Below the pieces are notes generated by a model. That model searched no databases. It saw only the letters and a list, made by a program, of their open reading frames with translations, and had not been told where the DNA came from. Positions 47,874-60,361 of a DNA stretch of 64,000 nucleotides are shown one piece after another. Position numbers and translations under genes: made by a program. Location: contig OZ076409.1 of NCBI GenBank assembly GCA_964187785.1, positions 27,344,001-27,408,000 on the forward strand, read 5' to 3'. The number at the start of each line of letters is the position of its first letter. Position 1 is the first letter of the stretch. This DNA is from Amphiscolops sp. MND2022. Its lineage: Eukaryota.

Positions 47874-49295
47874 TATAAAAATAGCGGCCATTGATTCTCA
47901 TTATTTGGTTCAACTCAGATCTGATTTTTTGCCCACATTCCAAAATGAGGGAAAAAATAAATCTCTATCAGTGTTTTTAAGAGCCAAAGAGATTCTAATG
48001 TTACCAAAAATACTGATTTATATCTCAGTTGTCCTTTCTATGCATAGAAAGGACAACTGAGATATAAATCAGTATTTTTGGTAACAGTAGAATCTCTTTG
48101 GTTCTTAAAAACACTGATAAAGAGATTTATTTTTCCCTCATTTTGGAATGTGCCCGGGTTGACCCTCTTACTAGCATCTTGGCTGTCTTGGCAAGATCTT
48201 GCCAAATTCTAACTACATCTTGGCAGCCATGGATCCCATGGCAAGATTCTTATTAAGATCTTACTAAGATAATACTTATTCCAAGATCGTATCTTATCAC
48301 GATGGACAATATTTTAAGATTATAAAAAAACACTATACCTTCGGTACAAGCAACCGAGACTCAATCTAAAGGCTCATTTCACCCAACAACGACTATTTCT
48401 ACTCGTTTTCATAATCAAAAAGCTTAAACCTGCTGAAAAAATTTTGCATGCAAAAATGCGTGAAAAATTACGATAACGTATTCTGGCTTCCGAAATTTTG
48501 ACGAAAATCCTAATAACTCCTCACCTGTTTAAATTTGAAAAATGCCGAATGTACCAAATGAAAGGTCATTTCAAGGGCTTTCCAAAACTTGTAATTTATC
48601 ACTCCTGTCGATTCCAGAGGCGGAGAAATATGCTCTCAAACGTCCAGACCCACTATCGGAAAGTTACAAAGGAAAGACCTTGAAATCCTGAAATTTTTGT
48701 AATAATCATATCTCCAGCTTTCTTTGAGCCTGTTTCGCAGCCTTACTACTGCTAGAAACAGCGGTCATTGCTCTAATTTGGGTAATGATTCAGCTCAAAG
48801 CTTTTCTGACGCCGTTGTCGGCGACAGTTTTGCAATTGAAAGAACAATAGCGATATCCAAATGGTTGTAAAAATCATTCATTATTTTTGTTTTGAGTGAT
48901 GTCTAGATTATTTTTCCATAACTCTTAAGTTAATGGTTTTCTGATTCTACTTTTTCTCGATATCGAGCAGTTCGTAGCAATTTTTTTCTTGCCATATTCT
49001 GCTTCTTAGTTAGATTTTTCTTGCCATATTGGGCTTCTTAGTAAGATTTTTCTTGCCATATTGGGCTTCTTAGTAAGATTTTTCTTGGAAACATGGCTCT
49101 CTTGATAAGATCTTACCATGGCATCTTGCAATTCTTGGCAATATCTTGTCACGATCTTAGCTAAGATTTTTCCAAGATCTTGGCAAGATCTTGCCAAGAT
49201 CTTACTAAGATATCCATGGGGCGTCGACCCGGGTGGGCAAAAAATCAGATCTGAGTTGAACCAAATAATGAGAATCAATGGCCGCTGTTTTTATA
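47874..49295. repeat. ~340-bp palindromic (foldback) element, right arm interrupted by a MITE
   Basis: Centre TATG|CATA at 48042/48043; left arm 47874-48042; right arm 48043-48152 plus 49234-49295; TATA at both ends. Confidence 0.92.
48153..49233. mobile_element. CCC...GGG MITE (CMC/EnSpm-like) with 2-bp TSD TG
   Basis: tg|cccgggttgacc ... gtcgacccggg|tg; the empty site ggaatgtgggcaaaa can be read from the opposite palindrome arm. Confidence 0.9.
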
Positions 49296-50482
49296 ATTTT
49301 CCGCAGAAAAAATTTCTGACGCGGAATTCAAACATTCACGCAGAGAAACTCACGTTAACCTCCGAGCCAAGTAAAACGAAGTTACAGAAAACACAATGCA
49401 AACAAGTGCAAATTGTGCACACTGGGACCACACTGGGCGACTTTTTGAAATTTTTTAAAAGCTGATTTTAGCAGAAACAAAGATCTTGGCGGTCATAAAG
49501 GCTCCCTTAGAGATTTTTCGCACTGTGGTAATTTTAAGGTTATGTGGGACTGATGAGTCTTATTTTTTACTAGAAGTTCGCTGTTTTGTTTTTTTTTTCG
49601 ATGTTTTCAATTTATAAAACTGCGTTTTTAAGCCTAACGTGCCACAGCTATGGGTAACTCCGGCACTGTGCTTTTTTCGAACAGAAAAGTTTCAGAAAAA
49701 TCACGATTTTGTTATAACAAAGTCTTTTCTTCACCCTGAATTTTTCTCGTAACACTGTATAAAAAATATCGCAGTACTTTTACGACTGTTGATTTTTTTC
49801 AGCATGAATGTGAGCAGAGGTCAACCACAAAACAATCAGGTGCTTGGTAAATTTTCTGTTGCAGATAAATGTTTTTTTTTGGTGTAAAATTGTGGCAAAG
49901 TTGGTGATTTTTTTTCGAATTTTCATAAAAACTATGGAGTTTTTTTCAATGTTTTTGGCCCGTATAGATAGCCGCAGAGTTCAAAGAAAAAACAATTAGC
50001 TCCTAAGCATACTTTTTATCGTCAAAATTAAACGTTTTTATCATATCAAAAAATTACCGAAACGATTATTAGAAGGCTTTTTTTAATGCAGAAAAACGTC
50101 CATTATTCGAATTTATTTTTTGTAGAACAGTGTCAATTTTATTCGAAGATTTCAAAAAACGGGTATACTTTTCTGCAATGACAACTTTTGTTGTTTTTCA
50201 AGTCGACGTGAATGTATACGAAAGTGTAGAAATTTTGAAAGTCTTGAATGGAAAACTAATTTTTGAAAGTTTGTTGTTAATTTTGCTCGAAGTTTGCGCT
50301 TACATTAGTGGGTTATATGTAGGAAAACCATTTTTAGGTGGAGCCTATTCCCGCGTAAAAAAATGTATATTGTACTATATAAAAAATTTTATATAGTATT
50401 TGATGAAGCCGAATATAATGGAGATAATTTCTTCGACGTTCTTCTCGGATTATTAGATTCAACCAAGACACATGCCTCATTT

Positions 50483-50970
50483 TTAGTCGGCGTTTTCGAA
50501 GAAAATCCCGACTCTTACAGTGGCTAGTTTTTTTTTCGTCAGTTCAACGCGAAACGTCTTTTTTTGTGCATTAATGCACATTTACCATATGTACTTAGTA
50601 CTTCATTTTCAACGCATCCAAAGCCTCTAACATGTGATAAAAAGCCATTCCAAAGCAGAAGGGTCAACGTTTTTGACATTATGAGACTTTCTCTTTTTTT
50701 CGGCCGTGTGAGACTGATTTTTTTCCGAAATTTTTAAATTGTTCCTCCCATCAATTTTGGATATTATGCAACAGAATGGATGTTCAAAAAATCCCAAAGC
50801 GTCCCCCCTTTTACATTTTTCGGCACTATGCGACTTACCGGAAACTTAAAAAAAATCGGAAATTTTTTTTTGCTCAATTTTTAGTTTTTTGAGAGCTTTT
50901 GTTGTCTCCAGTTGTAGAAAAAGTGGTTTTCGTTTTCGAGTCTTTTTGAGCCTTAGATATGGCGCCGACG
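50483..50970 (-). mobile_element. HINE/Helentron-like repeat copy
   Basis: tttagtcggcg at the left; gagccttagatatggcgccgac at the right. Confidence 0.6.
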
Positions 50971-51289
50971 TGTTGATTGATATCAAGACCAAATATTTTT
51001 CACCGAATCAAACATCTGTACAGCAACCAATAGGTTGTTCCCTTACAAAACTTGGGCTCGTTAAAAATTTTCAGGACTTTTGCTTGTTCCTTTTCGACGG
51101 TGCCAGTTAGAATGGCTCGTGCCCTTCAGATGCTTTACCCTAAACTAATACATTGTACCTGTTACACCATTACGTTAGCACGCTTATGTGCCAAAATTGT
51201 GGAAACAGAGCCTTCTGTCAGCACTGTTACAAAAAATGTGAAACAAGACGCCCGCGGACCAGCGGGATATTTTCTGCCCCTAATCTTTT

Positions 51290-51975
51290 CGAAAAAGACT
51301 ACTGGACAACAAATTTGTTCCTTGTTGACTCTTTTCAACATTCCAATCTACGAAGTCTGTCGAAAATTTGACAAAAATTGCATAAAAAACTTTGAAAATT
51401 GGAAAATTTTGGGTTTTTTGTCATTTTCGGTTTCAATTTGATATATTTTTCATTTAGAAAACAGTCATTATCTCTTCGGAAAAGCATACTGGACAACGAA
51501 TTTCTGCCATTCCTGTCACGTTAAGCGTTTTCAACATTCTAATCCACGAAGTCTATCGAAAATTTGACAAAAATTGCATAAAAACGTTAAAAATCGAAAA
51601 ATTTTGGAATTTTTTAATCATTTTTTTGGTAATTTTTCTTTTAAAAAACCGCATTTATCTCTTCAGAATACTATTGGACAACGAATTCGTGCCTTGTTGA
51701 ACGTTTTTAACATTCTAATCCACGATGTTTATCGAAAAAATGACAAAAATTGCATTAAAACGTTAAAAGTCGAAAAATTTTGGAATTTTTGTCATTTTTT
51801 TGGTAATTTTTCTTTTAAAAAACCGCATTTATCTCTTCAGAATACTATTGGACAACAAATTCGTGCCTTGTTGAACGTTTTCAACATTCTAATCGACAAT
51901 GTTTATCGGAAAAATGGCAAAAAATGCATGAAAACGGTGAAAATTGGGAAAGTTTTGAATTTTTGTCATTTTCGG
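51290..51975 (+). repeat. Tandem array of ~4 units of ~175 bp
   Basis: Marker cattctaatc recurs at 51535, 51711 and 51885, with a variant at ~51339. Confidence 0.85.
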
Positions 51976-52149
51976 GTCATATGGGGTCATTTCGGTCATT
52001 CCCAAAAAAGTCCAAAAATCTTTACAAATACATAGCGCATGGAACTAAATTTATGTCAGTTGAATTCTGTGAATGTACTTCTTCATATTACGTAAACAAT
52101 AATTCTTGGCAAATTTTGTAAAAAAAACCCGTTTGATTTAAATATTTTC

Positions 52150-52751
52150 CTTTCCCATATGAAATATGGGCGGAAAATAAAAAATCTTTGAAAAAGTCAT
52201 GTTAAAGACTGGGTGAATTTTGAAGAAAAAAAGATCCCTTTCCTCTTCCGGTCCTAATTCGTTGGGGTACGTGGCTGAATGCGGTTGTATACGCATCACA
52301 GCACTGGGGACAATTACAGAGGTACTTGAAAACAATACCTGAAAAAGAGAGTGCTGCTGCAATGAGAGCTGTTTCTGAAATGGGAAAAGCCGATGTCAAG
52401 CAAAGAATGTGATTTATTGCTGTTCTGGGTTTTTTGTGTCCATTGATAAAGATATCGGAGTCTTCAAATTTCACAGCTGTCAAGGCCATGAAACAACTTG
52501 ATACCATCAACGAGAAACTGTTGGGTTTGGCAGAAACTGGAAACTCATTGGCAACTGCGCTTGTATCTAAAGTTTCCGGATTGATTGAAAAGAATTCAGT
52601 TTTACAGAAAATTTCAGCATTGGGACGCGGAAAAGGTATTGACGACCCGCAGGAAATCGAAATATTTTGCTTTGCCCCCTCTACATCAGTGGAAATTGAA
52701 CGATTCTTTTCGGTGCTGCGTGGGTTCTTGGTGAATCGACCGAATATTTAG
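52150..52751 (+). pseudogene. C-terminal fragment of a hAT-like transposase
   Basis: PLPVLIRWGTWLNAVVYA at ~52240-52295 and FAPSTSVEIERFFS in ORF 52434..52751 (RW and S...ER.FS motifs). Confidence 0.7.
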
Positions 52752-55426
52752 ATGTTTTCCGCCCAAAAATGGTTTTCTTAGTTATATGTGTTGTTCAATA
52801 TTTCATGACTTGCTTTTCAGCTCAGGTGGTTAGTATTTTTCATTTTGGCATGCATTTTTAGTGACTTTGCAAAGAAAACAAATTCTTACGCCCATTGAAT
52901 TAGTGTCTTTATTGATTCTAAGTTTTGCGATCAACTATTTTAGTCTCAGCCTCAAAAGTTCGTGAAATTTTGCTTGTTCGTTATGATGTCATTTTGTATG
53001 CTTTTACATGTCGTGTAACATGTTGTCATTCGTGTTTCAATTTCAATTAACCGGATGTTCATAACTAATAATGACCAGTTGAATTTACTAAAAGTTCACC
53101 TCTATCCATGGAGTCTGGAAAACTCATTCAATGCATCTTCCGGTGAAGGTAACGCACTCATTTTGATGCACCCAAGAGAATGGTTTTGTGGCAGTGTTAC
53201 CGGGCGGGAGCTCACGGTTGATTCTTGCAATTGATTGGTGCATCACTTGGAAAGATTCTTTGTTATATAATTTATAGAAACTTCATAACAACTTCTAAAT
53301 ATAACTTCTTCTCTCATTACTCCATGATACCAAAAGCAGATTGTTTAATTACAATTCCATTTTAGAAGTTCTACTTTCAAGATGGTTTAGATGAATTATT
53401 AAAAAAGCTCGAGCAAGTATTTAACTTGTGCGAAACATATTCAAAAGATCAGCTAGCGAGACATTTAATTCGTGGGAAGTATTTCCACAGCAGCTAAATA
53501 GCGTTTATAAACTTTAGTAGAAAAAATGTCACGAGCCTTAAAATTTCAAGAAGGGCTTGTATTTTGAATGTAACTAAAATAACGGCAAATTGCGTGGGGA
53601 AATCTTTGTCATCTGATCAATAGTAAGAGTGGAATTTTGGATAGTTCAAACGAAGTCTAAATTTCTGGTCTAGGAAAATATTTGACTTGAGCTGTAATGT
53701 CAGTTTATTAGATTCAACAAACAAGGAACGGCAAAAGTCGGCGCACCGTTTCAGGTTCAAAAGGCGCGAATTGTCCAGTAACTATTTTCGTAAAAATTCA
53801 AAAGCCGAATTATCAGAGCCGAAGAATTTCAAAACGAGGACTTTTTACGCATAACGAAACTTTTTGAATGAATAAATGAATAAAATCGAGGTGAGAACTG
53901 TTTTATGAAGCGAAAAATTTTTCAAAAAAGTCGCAATGCGAATAAATCCACATATAGCATGTATAATTTCGAACCAGGAAGTCAGACATTGAAAAGAAAG
54001 ACCCTTTGAACCTTTTTGATACTCGAAAAAGTTTGATCATTCGACAGGATTAAAAAAAATGAACAGAAATCTTATGATAGTCGCTTTTATCTCATGAAGT
54101 GCCAACTAAAAATTCCTTTTGAAAAATTCCCTCCAAATTTTGTCGATTAGTATTCATCGTTATAGGATTTTCAATTATAATGTGAATGGCTAATAACAAT
54201 AACTCAACAATATTGATGTCAGCATCAACATTCATACAGTTTAAGCCCAACTGCTCAAATAGATCGAAAGTGCTCTAAATGAATTCAATTGATGAATGAC
54301 AATGTTTCAATGTTATAATGTTCAAATGAAGTTTTTCATTGTTCTTCTTACTTAGTTGACTTATGACTAACATTGTGGCTGCCATATCAAGATTTTGACT
54401 GAAATTCTTGTTAGCATCTTTAAATTTCTATTTTTTTCACTTCTAAATCATTACATAACGGACTTGATTTCTTTAGATTGATTTCATGAAAAATCTTAAA
54501 TAAAACCTTACTAATTTGAACTATCAAGGTATAAAGGCAAAGTCTTGAAAAATCGGAATGTGAGAGCATCATTCTGGTCTCTTACGAGACAATAAAATCT
54601 TAACTAATTCGTTTGATCAAAATCGTGGGTTGACATTTTTCTCTGAATTTTCGCAAAAAAATCCAGTTGAATCAATTGAGTTTGCACGTGAAAGGTTTTC
54701 ATTCAATTTTTAATTGACAGTTGAGAGTTTCGAAGGTTTCACTGACAGACAAAGGAAAATTCATTTCATTGAAATACTTTCATTTTGTTTTTTTTTCTAT
54801 TCAACTAACAGTCGATCATTTTCTGAAAAGTCGCATTCATGCACTTGCTTCAAATTATCATTTCTCAGTTTTTATTTAGCTCGCCATGAGGTTTAACTTT
54901 TATCATTCAATGAATCTTTTGCAAAACAGCTCAACAAAGACCTCGACAAAGAAGCAGGGAAATGTTAGAAAGAGGAATATAAATATTCTGGTATCTACCT
55001 ATTTGAGCATTAAATAGTTCCCGTTCTAGTAACTTTGAATTATCAATACATGCATTTGTTTTCATCGTATTTTCAGACCAAGTTCTAAAGCACTTTTAAT
55101 CTACTTTAGTCAGGGGCATTAGATGCTATTTATTGACTATAATTGGAACAAAAGCCAATATCAGTTGTGCTGAAAAAGTGCTCGTACGCTTTAAGCAGAA
55201 GAAAGAATCTAGAGACGTAAATAGACTACTGAATTTCCGCCCATATTCAATAAAATGGTAGAGCGAGCACCTACCTATCAGCCTCGTTTCTTCTTACAAA
55301 CTTTGCCATTTGAGCTCTTTCTAAAGAATTCAGCAAAAAACAATCTCAAAATCATAATCCCTAAATTGAAGCTTTTTTCGTATCCTGGTACAGGAAGCTT
55401 CTAGGGTGAAAACTACTCACTGGCTT

Positions 55427-56622
55427 CCCAGTGTAAAAACTCTTGGAACTCTTGGTAAGAATCTTGGGTAATCTTGGATTTCTTGGTAAGAATCTTGCCA
55501 AGACTCTTACCAAGAAATCCAAGAAATTGCAAGATCTTGCAAGATCGTGCCAAGAAATTCAAGAAATTCCAAGAAAAACCAAGAATAGGCAAGAAAATGC
55601 AAGAGGTTTCAAGATTCCCGTTTAGAACCTCATTCATCAATAAACCTTCAGAAGTCTCGGCAAATGAGCTAATAAATTATCCAAAAACATCCAGCATTAT
55701 GGAATTACGATCTAAATATTTCAGGCCCAAAACTGATCATGGAAGATCTAAAAAATGCACCTGACGTTGAAAAATCATTGGATTATGCTCTCACAATTGC
55801 AAATTCAGATCTAAATTAATCAAAAATATGATCTAAAAGGATTGAAAACAAGATCCAATAGGTATGTATTAGGGATATAAAAAATACATGTTTCAGACCC
55901 GGAATTGATCATGAAAGATCCAGAAAAGTGCAACTGAAGATGGAAAATCGTAGGATTATGCTCTCACAATTGCAAATTCAGATCTGAATTAAGCAAAAAC
56001 ATGATCTAAAAGGATTGAAAACAAGATCCAATAGGTATGTATTAGGGATATAAAAAATACATGTTTCAGACCCGGAATTGATCATGAAAGATCCAGAAAA
56101 GTGCAACTGAAGATGGAAAATCGTAGGATTATGCTCTCACAATTGCAAATTCAGATCTGAATTAAGCAAATATATGATCTAAAAGGATTGAAAACAAGAT
56201 CCAATTGGTATGTATTAGGTATCTAAAAAATACATGTTTCAGATACAAAATTGATCATATAAGATTGAAAAGTTGCCCGAATTGGTAATTGCAGACAATT
56301 GGCCTTTGAAATTGGCCGTAAATAAGCTGAGAAAAGGTAAATTTTGTAGATTTTTCCATAACATAGCCCAAAATTACTGAAAACATGTCTAATTTTGACG
56401 CAAATTCATCAATTTGAGACACCGCACTGAATTTTGAAATAAACGAAATTTTCAACTCCCGGATTTCTTGATAAGAATCTTGGCAAGATTCTTGTCAAGA
56501 AATTCAAGATTTTTTGGAAGAAGTAAGAGTTTCCAAGATCTTATCAAGAAATTCAAGAGGTAGCAGGATTTTGTAGGAGAATCCAAGATCTTGGTAAGAA
56601 ATCCAAGAGTTTTTACACTGGG
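55427..56622. mobile_element. CCC...GGG MITE with TT TSD carrying an internal 173-bp tandem repeat
   Basis: tt|cccagtgtaaaaactcttgg ... ccaagagtttttacactggg|tt; caagaa/tcttg subterminal repeats; unit marker gattatgctctcac at 55781, 55954 and 56127. Confidence 0.9.
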
Positions 56623-58069
56623 TTACTAAAATAATGCTTCTACAGCGCTAAAGTTCACGAACATTCGGTCTTAACGTTGCGAATATACGACTGAAATTTC
56701 AAACGATGATTGATCGCATTTTATGACTTTTCCAAGAAATGTTTTGCAAATAATCCTTCCTAAAAAGGGTTCTTAGAACAAATTTTTGATTTTGAAGGAC
56801 TGCTGAGACAAATTTTGTTGGATTTTTGATATCATTTGCACCAAAACTTTATTGCTCTCAATACATTCATGGCTCAAACAGATTTAAGATGTACACAGCT
56901 TCAAAAAAACTAAACTTCTCAAATGCTCAGATAACCTTAAGGGCGTCACTGAACGAATGGTATTCGAAACGAAGCAAAAAAATTAGGCAAAGAGATGGCA
57001 ACCTTTCAAAATTGTTGTGTTGTCCCCTCAACAAACAATGTACAACACAATGGCCCTTGCTTTGTCCGATTCACATCACGTTTCATTCGGCATAATAGAA
57101 AACGTTGTGCTTCTGATGCACGCTCGAAGAAACTGATAATTTGGCCGTTGATTTTGGTTCTGCTGAAAAGTTCGAAAAACCACTATTTCTGAATTCATTT
57201 TGATATACGAGATATAGCTACATCACAATCACTTCGGGAACTTTTTGAGCTTTTATTGATCTCTGCGTTTTCTGATAGTTGCAAATAAACACCAAGTGGC
57301 GTACTCGTCACACAACCAATTTCTAGGTCTGTCTATCACAGCACTAAGTACTCATTGTTTTTAGTGTGAATAGTTTCTTTGAAGGCATTATTATGTGGAA
57401 TCTGGAAAAATTTTATCAGTTTCCACTGTTTCGACAGCAGTGTCTATAAATCCTTACTGTTTCCTTTCGCCGGTTTCACTCTTTTCGTTCTCTAGTGAAG
57501 AGCTTCACTTCCACACTTTAGTTTCTCAAGTATTAAACTTATGTAATCACTGCTAGTCTAATTGCACACAGAATATGACGCTACTTTTTTTTGAAAAAAC
57601 GCTCAAATATGCAGTACTTTGATTAAGAATTTATCCCCCGCTCGATTTGAGGCTCGATTATATCGAAGTCGATCGAAAATTTTGAAAAACAACAGAAATA
57701 AAAACAAATTAACAAAATTCAAGGTGTTGATAATGACGCTGAGCTCATCGAGGTAAAATTTCGTAATCACTGTATTGAATTTGTCCAAATGCCAAGTAAC
57801 TAAGTGATCGATGAATTAGTGACTAAGTTTTGACCATTTTGTGCTGTTTTTGAATGTTCTTTTTTTGTGAATATGAACAGAGTCAGAGTTCAACAACAAA
57901 ATTGGCAAGGAACTTTTCATCAATAGAATCAAATAGTCGAAAAAGTCAGAAACTAGCTTTTTGAAAGACAATTGTTCATGGAACAATATTGTGCAAACAT
58001 TCAACACAAAGTGTCAAAACGTTCAATTTTTGGTAATCATGGTGATTTTTTTCCGAAAATGAAAATTCC

Positions 58070-58362
58070 CCCTTCAATTTTCTGATGTTTTGCGACAAAA
58101 CCCCTTCAACTGCGACAAAAATGTTGACAATTTCGGAAGTGTCCCCCTTTCAGCGCGCCAGGTGCTCGCGCTAGCGGGCCCCGGCGCGTCACTCGGTCCA
58201 TTTTTTGAGTATGTAATTTTTTCGAAAATTTTTTTGTCGTAAACTTTTCGATTTTCGAGTACTGTAAAAGAGAATACTCGACACTTGCTATCTTACGAGA
58301 AGTCTTTTTGCTATTTTTGAGCCTTGGATATGGTGCGGACTTAGGCCGGTCTCGGCTTGTTT
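58070..58362 (-). mobile_element. 5' part of a HINE/Helentron-like repeat
   Basis: Ends gagccttggatatggtgcggacttaggccggtctcggcttgtt. Confidence 0.6.
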
Positions 58363-58455
58363 ATTTTCTGACGCCACAAATAATTTTGGGGGAGAAAAAT
58401 CATGATCTGTGATGCGTTTTTTTTCAAATTTCGCCAAATCTCCTCCCGACCTCAC

Positions 58456-58660
58456 TTAGTTACTTGACTATTTTTAGTTACTTGACTATTGTAGTAGGTA
58501 AAATAGTCAAGTAACTAAATATCTTGTAGTGGGGAATAAGATCTAAAGTCAAAAAGGGAATAAGATCTAACGGGAATAAGATCTAAAATTTCAGGACGGG
58601 AATAAGGTCTACCCGAATAAGATCTAAATTTTAGATCTCGTTTTTTTAGATCCTATTCCC
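58456..58660. repeat. Cluster of short direct and inverted repeats (MITE remnants)
   Basis: ttagttacttgactatt twice then inverted; gggaataagatctaa ~5 times then inverted ttagatcctattccc. Confidence 0.75.
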
Positions 58661-58879
58661 TCCTCCCAGAATAGCTATGGCTTAGTTGGTGAAGGCAAAA
58701 AGGGCGGAAACTATCCCTGTGCCTAGCGGGCGTCTTGTTTCTCGTCAATTGTTGACTGCTTTATCCAACTGGTTCACAATTTTTGTATTTAACCATGCGC
58801 ATCAGTTTCAAGACAGATCAAAAACAAAACAGTAAGTTACATAGCAAACTTTTGTGTAAAGAATAAATGTTTTTTCTTT

Positions 58880-60261
58880 TTAAAAACAGGTATAACTGAA
58901 CGGCCTTTTAGTGTATGGTTTGTAGTTTTTGAAGTTTTTGTGGGTGTAAGGACTACAACCTGTGGTGTCCCCCAAATCTCCTACGGACCTTGAGTCCTTT
59001 TTGGCGATCTTCGTTTTGGGTGCAGATGCGTTTTCCCTGTTTTCCTGACTATTAGGGGACATACTGTCCTCAGTGTCCCTGTGACCTGCAGACGACATTG
59101 AATTTGCTATATTTTGAATCTCCGGGTTGAGCTATAGCTGTGGTTATAGCCCTGTTTATCTGACTATGCATCATGGACATCATTGAGTCCATTTCTTGGG
59201 ACAGCCTAAGATTGAATTCATTTGAAAGAGCCTCAAAGGACTGTCTAACATCGTTTTGACTCATAGAGTCATTTTCATATGAGAAACTACCGTACTCCTC
59301 TCTATGGCACGTATTTGTATTTGCGTCCCCGTGGACCGATGATTGCTCTATAGCGTCTGCTAATTCTCTTTCAATGGGATTGTTTTTATCATTTCCCAAC
59401 ATTACGTCTAAGTTATCGTAGTCGGACATCATGTCAATTTCTCTAGATTTCCTGGCTTTTGCCTTTTGTTTTCTTGTTGAAGGCATAAGAGATTGTTACA
59501 AGATAAAGATGTAAATTATCTTTGGCTTGCAAATTTAGTGTGTTTTTACTAAGCGATAAGTAACTTCAACATGTAGTATCATTCAGCAATTGTGTCCCCG
59601 GGACTGAATGTCCAGGCTATATATATTAGAAACTACATGACATTCAAAATATGAGTTGTCATATTCTAAAAATAGCCTTAAGGGATTTCTAAAAATAGCA
59701 ACAGTTCTAAATATAGCAACGGTTAGCTAGTGACATCATCATGATGCGAGTGACTTCAAAAGAGTTTTCCCGACAGACAACTTGTTGGCGGAAGCCCGTG
59801 TGTCTACTAGACATATTAACAGCATACATATACTAAAGGAGAATACATGCGTTTCATTAGTTTACATGAGATTTATCAATAGCACGCTACATTTCGTTAA
59901 TATGCAGTCTTTTGTCACTAAGTGTCCATTTTATGAGAAATTAAAGGCCTTTCCAAGTTCCAAGTAAGTGTACTTATTATTTAGCACCTTTAATTCAAAA
60001 GTGGACTCAGCGTCCAATCGACATGGCAGTCCTAATTTTATTTGTTTACAGGCGGCACATGGCCGTCTAGTCCATTGATCAAAGCGCCGCATAAAGTAAT
60101 AAATAAGAGCACTGGTTAATTAAATACGGCCCTCTGATTGGTTGAAGCTCATTCGGACTTGCTGTCTAAGGCGACAGGCGAGGAAACATTTGAAAACGTT
60201 TCCTCTATCTGTACGCCTTGGTGTCCAATTTACTAGCAACGTACAATTAGCGCCGGTATTA
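58880..60261 (-). mobile_element. Putative 5' end of an LTR retrotransposon (candidate LTR plus N-terminus of a gag-like ORF)
   Basis: Minus strand begins TGTAATACC at 60261. ORF 59070..59486 (MPSTRKQKAK..., helical FNLRLSQEMDSMMSMMHSQINRAI) continues by frameshift into 58880..59098. No catalytic motif or second LTR is visible. Confidence 0.45.
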
Positions 60262-60361
60262 CATAACACTAAATCATAACTTTAAATGATATTTTACATT
60301 CAAAATAATTAAATTACATGACTTCTAAAGTATGAATGCAGTTTAGTTTAAGAGTTTCAAT

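Noticed and set aside
51574..52035. 153-aa ORF with an internal repeat
   Set aside because: Chance open frame through a ~175-bp non-coding tandem repeat.
58530..58660. Short repeats with variable spacers resembling a CRISPR array
   Set aside because: Repeats are ~15 bp, spacers 1-12 bp, there is an inverted copy at the end, the context is eukaryotic and there are no cas genes; these are MITE subterminal repeats.
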